24,000 nt of DNA from Candidatus Moraniibacteriota bacterium (lineage in GTDB: Bacteria > Patescibacteriota > Minisyncoccia > Moranbacterales > UBA1568), in assembly GCA_043743535.1 (NCBI GenBank), contig JAYTWI010000021.1, forward strand, positions 1-24,000. The letters are read 5' to 3'. Of this stretch, positions 1-8,895 are shown in pieces. Made by a program: the position numbers and the translations under genes. How positions within the stretch are numbered: position 1 is the first letter of the stretch; each line of letters starts with the position of its first letter. Below the pieces are notes generated by a model, which did not search any database, was not told the origin of the DNA, and saw only the letters and a list, made by a program, of their open reading frames with translations.

Positions 1-302
1 GTGACTGGGGTAAGCATGTGCCGCTCACCCCCTCTGGGGAAGATTGTTTCAATTATTGGGGGTATAAGGGGGCTGGCACTCGTGGCACGGCGATGGGGCA
101 TGGTTGCTTTGGTAGCCCGGAAGAAGCGGTGATAGCTGTGGGCAATCGTTTGACCGAGTTGGTGGCAATCCGTCAGGGGAGTGATCCTTCCAGTATGATT
201 ATTTGGAAATGTGGTTCGAGCTGTGCTACCCATAGTAAGGAAAGCGTGCGCAAGTGGATAAGTGACGTCGATATCTATTATCAAAAAATCGCTCAACAGT
301 AA
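1..302 (+). CDS. hypothetical protein, possibly truncated by the window edge; the frame is open upstream of the listed GTG at 18
   Basis: ORF 18..302 (94 aa); the reading frame stays open to base 3; no family recognised. Confidence 0.35.
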   Translation, partial: DWGKHVPLTPSGEDCFNYWGYKGAGTRGTAMGHGCFGSPEEAVIAVGNRLTELVAIRQGSDPSSMIIWKCGSSCATHSKESVRKWISDVDIYYQKIAQQ

Positions 303-307
303 ACTGA

Positions 308-619
308 CTCAAAGAACCAGAAGAAGAAACAGGTATTACGGGCGCCGAACTTGTCAGCTCCATTCCTTTGGATATCTATCTCTTTGACTATCCGAAAGAA
401 GTGTTCGGTTATCGAAAAAGTATTTATAATCTTTGTTTCCTTGCTTTCTTACCAGCGGGACAAGAACCGAAAATAATGGAGCCTGAGAAGTGTAAAGAAA
501 TGCGTTTGGCTACTCCCGAAGAGGCTTTGACAATGATTGAGACGATACACCATGAAGGAACGGCCAGGCTGATCCAAAAATGGCAGTCTTTAGCAAAGAA
601 AAAAGAAGCAATGGCGTAG
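308..619 (+). pseudogene. Nudix hydrolase-like C-terminal fragment
   Basis: The frame reads LKEPEEETGITGAELVSSIPLDIYLFDYP...LPAGQEPKIMEPEKCKEM. It contains an EEETGIT segment like the end of a Nudix box (REx2EExGI) and the EPEKC motif, but an in-frame TGA at 305 cuts off the N-terminus and G(x5)E part. Confidence 0.45.
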
Positions 620-921
620 CAATGCTTCTTTCGAAGTTCAATCTTTCTGGGCCAGGACCCAGAGGTGGCTCTCGGCGCTGCCGAAGTCTTTCTCGTTTTC
701 GGCAATCATCCAATTTATTTTAGTGAAACCAGAACGGAATTACTTTGATTTTATTTTGTAGCGCTATCCCGCAAAAATTCAAAAAAATCTGTGCGGATTC
801 CTCCTCAGACCCCACCCTCCGCGCGGACAAAATTCAAAAAAAATTAGTCTCGGTTTTGCGAAAACTATTTTCTAGGGATTTAGATTTTTGAAAAATCGAT
901 CCCGAATAGTTCTTTATAAAA

Positions 922-957
922 AGAAAAAGTGGTGGTACGAGCGAGTCGTACCACCAC
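922..957 (-). terminator. Rho-independent terminator of the MOSC gene
   Basis: Perfect 12-bp stem GTGGTGGTACGA(929-940)/TCGTACCACCAC(946-957), loop GCGAG, T-rich run on the minus strand, just past the stop codon at 972. Confidence 0.85.
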
Positions 958-971
958 CTGTCGAGCAACCC

Positions 972-1592
972 CTACTCGGGGTTGTAGATTCGCTGACGTG
1001 GAATTTTCGCGATGACTGTGTCGCCCGCGTGGATGTTGCCGGAGGCATAAATGCTCCCGACGATTCCACGCTTGCCGATGGCCGCCTTAGGGAAGAGACC
1101 CACGAGTCCAGAGATGTCCGGAAATTTCTCTTGGATCGCTTCACCCGGTCCTTGGCACGGCATGTTTTCCGACCACACCACCAGCACGGCTGTTCGGAGC
1201 TGCCTCTCGTCTTTGCAAAAGAACAACATCGTTCCGGTGGGAAGCTCGGTAAGCTTCGGGATGCCATTCAAGACCAAATTCTCGCCGAGGCAGCCGTGCG
1301 GAATTGGATTCGGAAGACCCATCGCTTGCGCGACTTTCGCGAGTTCCTCAATGGAAACAGCGGAAAACTCCCGATGGTTGGCAATCTCGATACCCTTGAG
1401 AAATCCAAAAGAGAGAAGTTCTTTCTCGCGGACGTCCGCGAGCCGTACCCCAGCGTGATTGTCGCCCCTGACGCCATGTCCGCGAATCAGTTGAATCTTC
1501 GGGACTGACATCGAAAGGATTGAGCCAAAGCTAGCCGCCACAAGGACAGCTTCGACTCGTCCTCTTAGTTCGAAAGCTGACTTTATCATTTG
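972..1592 (-). CDS. MOSC domain-containing protein (206 aa)
   Basis: ORF 972..1646; MOSC-like features GVRGDNHAG, HGCLGENLVLNGI. A GAGGAGG Shine-Dalgarno lies directly upstream of the ATG at 1592 (MIKSAFELRG). Confidence 0.8.
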   Translation of the reverse strand, partial: QMIKSAFELRGRVEAVLVAASFGSILSMSVPKIQLIRGHGVRGDNHAGVRLADVREKELLSFGFLKGIEIANHREFSAVSIEELAKVAQAMGLPNPIPHGCLGENLVLNGIPKLTELPTGTMLFFCKDERQLRTAVLVVWSENMPCQGPGEAIQEKFPDISGLVGLFPKAAIGKRGIVGSIYASGNIHAGDTVIAKIPRQRIYNPE

Positions 1593-1632
1593 ATCCTCCT
1601 CGGTCGTGAATTGTTGGAACGAACCGATAGTA

Positions 1633-1661
1633 GTATAACTTGACAATATTAGTAAGTCAAA
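1633..1661 (-). promoter_or_regulatory. sigma70-type promoter for the MOSC gene
   Basis: Minus strand TTGACT (1661-1656), 17-nt spacer, TATACT (1638-1633). Confidence 0.75.
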
Positions 1662-2452
1662 CGAAAACAGGAACCCTTTTGAGTCTCTGCTTTCAAAAAA
1701 TCCTTATGAAAAAATTTCTTTTGCCTTTACAAAATATGGTTCGAGCCGATTTGTTCTCAGGTTCTTTGGTAGTTTTGGGTGTGCGCGGCGAGGACAGAAT
1801 TCCGTTTGAGCTATTTCAAGAATACACTGTCAAAATTGAAAATTGGAATCGGAAGAAAAAATGAAGAGGCTGGTTTTGAGATTGAGACTGTTTATGGTGA
1901 CTGTGATAGGAGCCTTTTCTTGGCAAATACTCTCGAACTAATCCATTCATATTCTCTACCCCTCCTTTTTGCCAAGAAGCATACGTATCACAGAAGTAGG
2001 AAGGTATTCCGAGAAACTTCCTTGTCTCCTGATGTAAGACATTTTCTGTTCCATTGTCTCGCGTGATGCTTCTACGAAGAAACGGGGGTAGGAGAGAAAG
2101 AGGTTTCTGAACCCTTCTTGGTTGTCGGTCTTTCTGTTGATGACTGAGTAGTCTCTTCCTAACTTTTCTGGGTAATCCAGGTCTTTTTCTTCTTCATACG
2201 TAGGTAGAGTTCAATACGTTCTCGTTCAAGAAAAGTCACTCGCTGTACAGGCATATCTTTTTTGGCTTAGATGGGTTATGTACCATCCTACTCCAGAAAA
2301 GGGGCAATGGGTTTAGAATTCACCGAGTTTTTTGTTATACAGACGGCCGCGGCCTTTTCGGGTATAATGAAAGAGTGAATTTTCGAGTCTCTTGATGGTG
2401 TTTTTTGCAGCCTTCACTTATATATTGACAGTGATACGCTAACAGCTATTCT

Positions 2453-3388
2453 ATGACGTGGGTTTTGGTGGCGCTTCTCGGATATTTTTTCAATGCCGTT
2501 TCAGCGCTTTTTGATAAATTTCTTTTGTCTGATCGAATAGGAGCACCAGTCGTCTATGCTTTTTTCGTCTCCCTTTTCAGTCTGTTTGCACTTTTTTTTA
2601 TTCCGTTTGGTTTTCATTTTGGCGACTTTCGAAACTCGGGTCTCTTGGTGTTTTCCGGGATGCTTTTTATTTATGGGCTGGTGGCATTTTACTACGCGGT
2701 CAAAAACCACGAGGTTTCCCGGGTGGCACCGCTTCTCGGAACAGTAGTATCGCTCGTGGGCTTTGGGGCGGCATTTCTTCCGGGAAATATTGATGGCAAC
2801 ACGCTCAGCGTTTGGTCATTTTTGGCACTGGTTTTTCTCATCATTGGTGGTCTACTCATCTCTTTTGATTTACCATTGCGCAAAGGTGAAACGATTTCCA
2901 AACTCGTCTTGATCGCTGGCCTTTTCATCGGAGTTTCTGCTGTTTTATTGAAATATGGTTACGGGCAAACCAATTTCGTGAGTGGTGTGGTATGGCAGCG
3001 TTTCGGGATGTTTTTGGGGGGCTGTAGTCTCCTCCTCACACCCTCTTTTCGTCAGCAGATTTTTGACCAGTTGGCACATTTTTCTCAAAAGCCAGCCCGC
3101 GCCAGGAGTACGGGCTTGTTCTTTGTGCTCAATAAGGTATGTGCTGGAGTGGCAGCTTTTCTCATTTCTTACGCCACTTTCCACGGCTCTGTTTCCTTTG
3201 TCCAGGCTTTAGCCGGTATGCAGTATGTTTTCATTCTCCTCTTGGCCTTTCCTCTCGTGCGGTTGTATCCGGATATCTATCAGGAGAAGCTCTCCTTGTT
3301 TGACTGGTTACAAAAAGCCGGGGCGGTGGTGCTCATTGGAATCGGGCTGTGGCTTATGACTACTCATGGTATTAAAATACTTTTATGA
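2453..3388 (+). CDS. EamA/DMT-family transporter (311 aa)
   Basis: Highly hydrophobic multi-TM protein with two-halved EamA-like pattern. Confidence 0.75.
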   Translation: MTWVLVALLGYFFNAVSALFDKFLLSDRIGAPVVYAFFVSLFSLFALFFIPFGFHFGDFRNSGLLVFSGMLFIYGLVAFYYAVKNHEVSRVAPLLGTVVSLVGFGAAFLPGNIDGNTLSVWSFLALVFLIIGGLLISFDLPLRKGETISKLVLIAGLFIGVSAVLLKYGYGQTNFVSGVVWQRFGMFLGGCSLLLTPSFRQQIFDQLAHFSQKPARARSTGLFFVLNKVCAGVAAFLISYATFHGSVSFVQALAGMQYVFILLLAFPLVRLYPDIYQEKLSLFDWLQKAGAVVLIGIGLWLMTTHGIKILL

Positions 3389-4419
3389 TGAAGATGTATA
3401 CTTTTTTGAAAAAATTTTTCAAGTGGCTAGGGTACTCCCTTTTGGGGGTTTTAGGTCTCGTACTTCTTCTTTTTGGGTATTTTAATCTGCCAGGGCCAAC
3501 GCCGCGAGAAGACGTGTCTTTGGGGATGACTTTTTCCTCCCGTTACGCTACGGGGCTTGGGCTTGATTGGAAGGAAACCTATCTCGCGTTACTCGATGAT
3601 GTCGGCGTTAAAAAAATGCGCCTGCCAGTCTATTGGGACCTCGTAGAAAAAGACAAGGGAACCTATGATTATGCTGATGTAGATTGGCAAGTGGCTGAGG
3701 CGCACAAGCGTGGGGTGGACGTCATTTTGACGGTCGGCCTGAAGGTGCCACGTTGGCCAGAATGCCATATTCCGAATTGGGCTAATGAGAATGAAACCGT
3801 GCGTCGTAAGGGTATACTTCATTTTATTATAGAGACGGTAAAGCGGTATCAAAATGATCCGACGGTCAGTACCTGGCAGGTGGAGAATGAGCCCTTTCTC
3901 CCCTTTGGTATTTGTCCGGCTTTCGATGTTTCTCTTCTCGAACAAGAAGTGGCACTGGTGAAAGCGATGGATCCTACTCGGCCAGTTTTGCTGACAGACA
4001 GCGGCGAGCTTTCGCTGTGGTTGGGGGCTGCCAGTCGGGGTGACAAATTTGGGACGACGCTTTATCGTGATATTTATAGCAAAAAAGTGGGCGGTTATTT
4101 CACCTATCCGATTGGGCCGAATTTTTTCCGCTTCAAGGCTTGGCTGGTGAGAACTTTTACTCATCAGAATAATTTGATAGTGATTGAACTTCAGGCTGAA
4201 CCGTGGGCTAGCGGTTGGGTGGTGGACGTGCCACTTCTGGAACAATTTAAGACCATGAATGAAAACAAATTGCGCGACAATGTCCGTTATGCCAAGCAAG
4301 TGGGCTTTTCAGAAGTGTATTTGTGGGGTGGAGAGTGGTGGTATTGGATGAAGACTAAAAAGGATTATCCGGCCGTCTGGGAGGCGGGCAAAGAATTATT
4401 TCACGAACATGCACAGTAA
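3385..4419 (+). CDS. membrane-anchored glycoside hydrolase, TIM-barrel cellulase/GH-A-like (344 aa)
   Basis: N-terminal TM anchor; MRLPVYWDLVEKDKGTYDYADVDWQVAEAHKRGVDVILTVG, TWQVENEP, IELQAEPWASG. Start overlaps the preceding stop (ATGA). Confidence 0.7.
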   Translation: MMKMYTFLKKFFKWLGYSLLGVLGLVLLLFGYFNLPGPTPREDVSLGMTFSSRYATGLGLDWKETYLALLDDVGVKKMRLPVYWDLVEKDKGTYDYADVDWQVAEAHKRGVDVILTVGLKVPRWPECHIPNWANENETVRRKGILHFIIETVKRYQNDPTVSTWQVENEPFLPFGICPAFDVSLLEQEVALVKAMDPTRPVLLTDSGELSLWLGAASRGDKFGTTLYRDIYSKKVGGYFTYPIGPNFFRFKAWLVRTFTHQNNLIVIELQAEPWASGWVVDVPLLEQFKTMNENKLRDNVRYAKQVGFSEVYLWGGEWWYWMKTKKDYPAVWEAGKELFHEHAQ

Positions 4420-4933
4420 GAGTCCGCCGTCCTTTATCTTGATCCTCCACAATATTCGCAGTGCCCACAACGTGGGGGCGATGTTCCGCACCGCCGATGG
4501 AGCAGGAGTGGCAGAAATTATCCTTTCGGGGTATACGCCAGTGCCGGCAAAAAAGGGCGCCCTCTATCTGACTGATGCTGATAAGGCTCTCCATAAGACG
4601 GCTCTGGGAGCTGAGTATATGGTGCCGTGGCGGAAGGTGGCTACGCCGGGACGGACGCTTACTCTTTTGAAGAAGTCAGGCTTTACGGTGGTAGCGCTCG
4701 AGCAGATGAAGGGAAGTGTTCCTTATCAGCAATACAAATCCAAAGGGCCCGTAGCACTTATTGTGGGGAACGAAGTAAGAGGGATTGATCAGAAAATTCT
4801 TAAGCAGTGTGACACGGTGCTCGAAATTCCGATGCGTGGTGCTAAGAACTCTCTCAATGTTTCGGTAGCTTGTGGCATTGCGCTCTATCAGATTACCGCT
4901 ACAATGAGAGAGGGTGGAATAAAAAATTCTTGA
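4409..4933 (+). CDS. TrmH/SpoU family RNA 2'-O-methyltransferase (174 aa)
   Basis: SPOUT motifs: NIRSAHNVGAMFRTADGAG, ALIVGNEVRGI, LEIPMRGAKNSLNVSVACGIALYQ. Confidence 0.85.
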   Translation: MHSKSPPSFILILHNIRSAHNVGAMFRTADGAGVAEIILSGYTPVPAKKGALYLTDADKALHKTALGAEYMVPWRKVATPGRTLTLLKKSGFTVVALEQMKGSVPYQQYKSKGPVALIVGNEVRGIDQKILKQCDTVLEIPMRGAKNSLNVSVACGIALYQITATMREGGIKNS

Positions 4934-5667
4934 TGACAATAATGATCAAACGAAAAGAAAAACTAGCTATCTTCGACATCGACGGCACAATTTTTCGCAA
5001 GAATCTACACTTCGAATTGATTAATGAACTGTCTTGGATGAAGGTGTTTCCAGCCGTGGCACGTAATGAATTGGTCAAGATCTACACCAACTGGCTCGAG
5101 CACGAAGGCACCTACGAAGACTATCGCCAGGCTTTGGTCGCCCTCTATTCAGAACATATCAAGGGCTGCCCACAGTCCGAAGTTATCCGTGCGAGCAAAC
5201 TCCTCATACCTTTTCACGCCAAGCGCACCTACATCTTTGCTGAGCGGCTGATAAAGAAATTACGGGCGGAGAATTACCGGATGCTGGTCATTTCCGGTTC
5301 GCCCTTGGAAGTGGTGGAAGAGTATAATCGTCAGTACCTCAATTTTGATGCGGTCTTTGGGAGCATTTACGAAGTTGACAGTCATGGTTTGTACACGGGC
5401 GTGGCCTCTTTCGAACCCTCTAAGAATAAAGGACATTTGGTGGAACAGTACCTCTATGAACATAAGCTATCACTTGCTGAATCATATGGAATTGGTGATA
5501 CTGAGAGTGATAGCAGTTTTCTCAAGTTGGTGGAGCATCCCATTGCCTTCAATCCCAATATGAACCTGAAAGACGAGGCGCAGAAAAACGGCTGGCGGAT
5601 TATCGTGGAAAAAAAGGATGTGATTTATGAAATGACCGATACCTATCTTAATGAACCGATACTATGA
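4933..5667 (+). CDS. HAD superfamily hydrolase, SerB-like (HAD-IB)
   Basis: FDIDGTIF, VISGSP, GIGDTESDSSFLKLVEHPIAFNPN; start overlaps the preceding stop (TGATG). Confidence 0.8.
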   Translation: MTIMIKRKEKLAIFDIDGTIFRKNLHFELINELSWMKVFPAVARNELVKIYTNWLEHEGTYEDYRQALVALYSEHIKGCPQSEVIRASKLLIPFHAKRTYIFAERLIKKLRAENYRMLVISGSPLEVVEEYNRQYLNFDAVFGSIYEVDSHGLYTGVASFEPSKNKGHLVEQYLYEHKLSLAESYGIGDTESDSSFLKLVEHPIAFNPNMNLKDEAQKNGWRIIVEKKDVIYEMTDTYLNEPIL

Positions 5668-5774
5668 ACCTTAATGCCTCGATCGACAAATTCATGCACG
5701 GGACGGCATGGTTATGGCTACCGTTTTACGCCCTCTTTCACTTGATCGAAAAGATTGGTGAGCGCAAGAAATAA
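5664..5774 (+). CDS. small hydrophobic protein (36 aa), not in the ORF track
   Basis: MNLNASIDKFMHGTAWLWLPFYALFHLIEKIGERKK*; start overlaps the HAD stop (ATGA), same arrangement as the upstream gene pairs. Confidence 0.5.
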   Translation: MNLNASIDKFMHGTAWLWLPFYALFHLIEKIGERKK

Positions 5775-5829
5775 CTTCTTCTCTTCTAGAGAACAGAAAT
5801 CCTCAAGTATTTTCTTAAGCCCTCTTCCT

Positions 5830-6234
5830 ATGTGCTTTCCGAAGCTTACCACACTACCATCGTTGTTTCTCTCTGCGACGACGCTCGTTTTTTGGCTTGG
5901 GCTCATTTTCTTTCTCTCTTCGCTCCCAGGCAATCCTACATCGTATGATCCGCCCCTCTGGTACTTTGTGGAACGCAAGAGCGCCCATATTTTTGAGTAC
6001 GGCGTGTTGATGCTCCTTACCTTGCGTTTTGTGAAAGAGTATTTTCATACTGAACGATTGGCAAAGCATCTTTTATTGGCGGCAGTATTTTCCTTAGCCT
6101 ATGGGGCAAGTGATGAATTACATCAGTTTTTCGTGCCCTACCGAGGCGCCCGCTTGACGGATATTCTGATTGACGGATTGGGGGCATTACTGATGACTAG
6201 TATCCTCTGGTTATGGGAAAAGCGTCGGGTATGA
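5830..6234 (+). CDS. VanZ-like membrane protein
   Basis: FLSSLPG...KSAHIFEYGVL...YGASDELHQFFVPYRGARLTDILIDGLGALL; the ORF is open from 5755, likely start MCFPKL. Confidence 0.75.
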   Translation: MCFPKLTTLPSLFLSATTLVFWLGLIFFLSSLPGNPTSYDPPLWYFVERKSAHIFEYGVLMLLTLRFVKEYFHTERLAKHLLLAAVFSLAYGASDELHQFFVPYRGARLTDILIDGLGALLMTSILWLWEKRRV

Positions 6235-6322
6235 TGGGGCATTATTGAGCAATTTTTTGGAGAGTGTGATAAACTAATCAAAAGGTGTTTTAGTAGGATT
6301 TAATAAACGTAATAAACGTACT

Positions 6323-7177
6323 ATGGAGACAGGAGAAAAGTCGTGCTGCACAGAGGAAACGAGCGGGTTTGGGAGACGGTCTGCCACCTCAGTGGTGAAG
6401 ATTGTCGGGTTGTTAGTGTTGGGTGCAGTCTTGATAGTTGGTTTACTCAAGGACACCACCACTTTTGATAATACGGTAGTAGATGATACCATCTCCGTCA
6501 TTGGCCAGGGTAAGATGCCTATCAAGCCTGATGCGGCACTGATTAATCTAGGAGTGCTCACCATCAAAGCTGACTCACCGGAAGCGGCCATAATGCAGAC
6601 ATCAGAAAAATTGAGCAAAGTCGGCGTCGCCTTAGACGCGCTCGGTATTCCCAAGGAAAATCGTCAGATGACTGGTTACGCTGTCAGCCCACGCTATAAG
6701 GATCTAGCTTCTGCTAGTGATGGAACCAATCCTACGGCGAGCAAGCCAGCAAGCATAGATGGCTACACCTGTACCCAACAGATTACGGTGCGGGTACCCA
6801 ACATTGTCGATGACCCTGAAGCGGTGAACAAGGTGATCACGGCCGCTGCCAAAGAAGGCGTTAACCAAGTGGGCGAGGTAAAATTCATTGCGACCAATGT
6901 CGAGTCGGTCAAACAGGAAGCTCGTTTGCGAGCGGTAGCTAATGCTAAGGACAATGCCAAGAATATGGCTGATGTGGCCGGGGTGAAACTGGCGGGCATC
7001 ACTACCTGGAATGAGAGTGTTCTTTCCGAGCCTGGCCAAAACTACAATTCGAATTACTACGGATCACCTCCTCAGGGTGCCACGGTGCCGACTCCACCCT
7101 CGAGCATAGTGGTGTTACAACCCGGACAGCTCGATGTCGTCGTAGAGTTGAACGTGACGTACCGAGTGAAGAAATAA
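6323..7177 (+). CDS. SIMPL domain-containing protein (DUF541-like), 284 aa
   Basis: N-terminal TM then TISVIGQGKMPIKPDAALINLGVLTIKADSPEAA...; typical SIMPL pattern, ends LDVVVELNVTYRV. Confidence 0.75.
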   Translation: METGEKSCCTEETSGFGRRSATSVVKIVGLLVLGAVLIVGLLKDTTTFDNTVVDDTISVIGQGKMPIKPDAALINLGVLTIKADSPEAAIMQTSEKLSKVGVALDALGIPKENRQMTGYAVSPRYKDLASASDGTNPTASKPASIDGYTCTQQITVRVPNIVDDPEAVNKVITAAAKEGVNQVGEVKFIATNVESVKQEARLRAVANAKDNAKNMADVAGVKLAGITTWNESVLSEPGQNYNSNYYGSPPQGATVPTPPSSIVVLQPGQLDVVVELNVTYRVKK

Positions 7178-7198
7178 TCGTACTTACTGAGAAACTTA

Positions 7199-7225
7199 AA
7201 AACCCGCCACCAGGGCGGGTTTTTG
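7199..7225. terminator. bidirectional terminator between convergent genes
   Basis: AAAACCCGCC-ACCAG-GGCGGGTTTTT. Confidence 0.85.
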
Positions 7226-7249
7226 TATGACGAGAATCCCTTTCGCTCA

Positions 7250-7594
7250 TTATCGAACCTTTTCCACGAACGTTTTGAAAGTCTCGGGATTTTCAGCAGC
7301 CATCTGTGAGAGCACCTTGCGATCGAGGGCGATATTCTTTTCACCCTGCAGAGCGATGAATGTCCGGTAAGCAATACCGTGCAAACGGAGCGCGGTGTTG
7401 AGACGGGTGATCCATAGACTGCGGAAGGTACGCTTCTTGGCACGGCGGTCGCGGTGGGCGTATTTACCGGCCTTGATGACAGCTTCTTTGGCCTTAGTAA
7501 ACAAATTTTTGCGACCCCAGCGGAAACCTTTAGCGGCTTTGAGGACGTTCTTATGGCGTTTCTTGGTCATGACGCCGCGCTTTACTCTCGTCAT
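7250..7594 (-). CDS. rplT: 50S ribosomal protein L20
   Basis: TRVKRGVMTKKRHKNVLKAAKGFRWGRKNLFTKAKEAVIKAGKYAHRDRRAKKRTFRSLWITRLNTALR... Confidence 0.97.
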   Translation of the reverse strand: MTRVKRGVMTKKRHKNVLKAAKGFRWGRKNLFTKAKEAVIKAGKYAHRDRRAKKRTFRSLWITRLNTALRLHGIAYRTFIALQGEKNIALDRKVLSQMAAENPETFKTFVEKVR

Positions 7595-7628
7595 ACGATT
7601 CTCTTATTCGGATTACTTGGGAAATACG

Positions 7629-7829
7629 TTAGATGGCGTAGGGCATGGCTTTTTGAATGTTTTTTTCTTCAGTGCGGAAAATGCCGTGATCTTTGCGCTT
7701 GGCCCTCGTGGCGGCGCCTGTATCGCGGGAATTGTAGTGGTTGTGGCCAGTGGAGCGGCGCAAGAGCTTGCCGGTACCAGTCACTTTTACTTTTTTGGAA
7801 ATAGACTTCCGGGTCTTCATCTTAGGCAT
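7629..7829 (-). CDS. rpmI: 50S ribosomal protein L35
   Basis: MPKMKTRKSISKKVKVTGTGKLLRRSTGHNH..., adjacent to rplT and infC. Confidence 0.93.
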   Translation of the reverse strand: MPKMKTRKSISKKVKVTGTGKLLRRSTGHNHYNSRDTGAATRAKRKDHGIFRTEEKNIQKAMPYAI

Positions 7830-7853
7830 ACGATTGGCTTTATAATGGTGATG

Positions 7854-8402
7854 TTATTCTGGGACGATGAGGGCATTGAACCCCATCGGACCGCGTTTGA
7901 CTTCTTCTTCAAAGCGATGTGGAACGGTGATGCTTTTGATGAATTCTATCAGGCTCAATCTTGCTTTTTCCTGCATGGCCTTTTCGCGACCGCGCAACAC
8001 TATTTCGAATTTAACCTTATTGCCTTTGGTGAGGAATTTTTCTGCCTGAGTCTTTTTGAAGAGGAGGTCGTGACCAGCGGTGCGGAATCCGATACGGATG
8101 CCTTTGGTTTCCACTTTGCGTTGCTTGGCCTTCTGCTGCTGTTCCTGCTTGGCTTGACGGTACTGGAGCTTACCGTAGTCAGTAATCTTGCACACTGGCG
8201 GCTTGGCCAATGGGGACACTTCCACCAAGTCAGCTTCTTGTTCCTGAGCCAAGACAATGGCTGAGGCGGTGTCCATCAACCCACGGTTGCTTCCGTCTAG
8301 GTCAATAACCATCACTTGAGGAGCAAGAATCTTCTCGTTGGTACGCAGATGATCCTTCAGCTGCACTTTTGGTTTGGGGCGGTTGTGGCGTCTTCTTCTC
8401 AC
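7854..8402 (-). CDS. infC: translation initiation factor IF-3
   Basis: LRTNEKILAPQVMVIDLDGSNRG, ADLVEVSPLAKPPVCKITDYGKLQY; infC-rpmI-rplT order; probable GTG start. Confidence 0.95.
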   Translation of the reverse strand: MRRRRHNRPKPKVQLKDHLRTNEKILAPQVMVIDLDGSNRGLMDTASAIVLAQEQEADLVEVSPLAKPPVCKITDYGKLQYRQAKQEQQQKAKQRKVETKGIRIGFRTAGHDLLFKKTQAEKFLTKGNKVKFEIVLRGREKAMQEKARLSLIEFIKSITVPHRFEEEVKRGPMGFNALIVPE

Positions 8403-8421
8403 TTTTTTTCTTATTAAAAAA

Positions 8422-8823
8422 TGGTGGAGTTGATGGGAATTGCACCCATGTCCAGAGCAGTTTTTTCAAAATATTCTACAAGCGTAGTCAGCTTTGGGTA
8501 AATGCATGAGGTAGAAAGCAGACAAAATCCGCATACATTCTTTTCTTTGGCAATACGATCACAGAGGGTAAAGAAAAAGAAATACTCTGGTCACGTCTCG
8601 ATAATATGACACCGGAGATTCTTTATCGAGAATCAAGAGTCCGATGGCGACTCACAATTAAGCGAGTGCGAGAGCGAAAGAAGGAGCAAACGCTTGCGCG
8701 AATGCATTCTTTGCCTTGGTGATGAAGTTTGCATTTATCATCGTGAGAAGGATATTTACGACCATCTCCTCAAGGTCGGCTTGCCTATTTTGAAAGTACA
8801 GCCTGTCGAGTCTAAGCAACCCC
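8422..8823 (-). ncRNA. ssrA: tmRNA (transfer-messenger RNA)
   Basis: Minus strand 5' GGGGTTGCTTAGACTCGACAGG and 3' GGACATGGGTGCAATTCCCATCAACTCCACCA; 5' GGGGTTG pairs with 3' CAACTCC. Tag ORF 8732-8658 encodes ANFITKAKNAFAQAFAPSFALALA*; smpB lies immediately upstream. Confidence 0.93.
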
Positions 8824-8834
8824 ATTTTGGAAAA

Positions 8835-8862
8835 TTTTTCATTTCCAATTTTTCATTTCCAA
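8835..8862. repeat. 14-bp perfect tandem repeat (TTTTTCATTTCCAA)x2 upstream of ssrA
   Basis: 8835-8848 and 8849-8862 identical. Confidence 0.9.
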
Positions 8863-8895
8863 TGTATTTGAAAAGGAAAAATTGTGAATGGAATA

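Noticed and set aside
888-1508. 206-aa + strand ORF
   Set aside because: Antisense of the MOSC gene, which has promoter, SD, domain motifs and terminator on the minus strand.
1640-2066. 74-aa and 95-aa ORFs in the gap downstream of the MOSC promoter
   Set aside because: No SD, no family resemblance and poor coding character.
7395-8264. 289-aa + strand ORF and the nearby 7454..7804 ORF
   Set aside because: Shadow ORFs antisense to infC/rpmI/rplT.
8422-8460. T-arm plus CCA could be read as a tRNA gene
   Set aside because: No anticodon arm within tRNA distance. The matching acceptor strand GGGGTTG is 400 nt away with a tmRNA 5' motif and a tag ORF, so it is ssrA.
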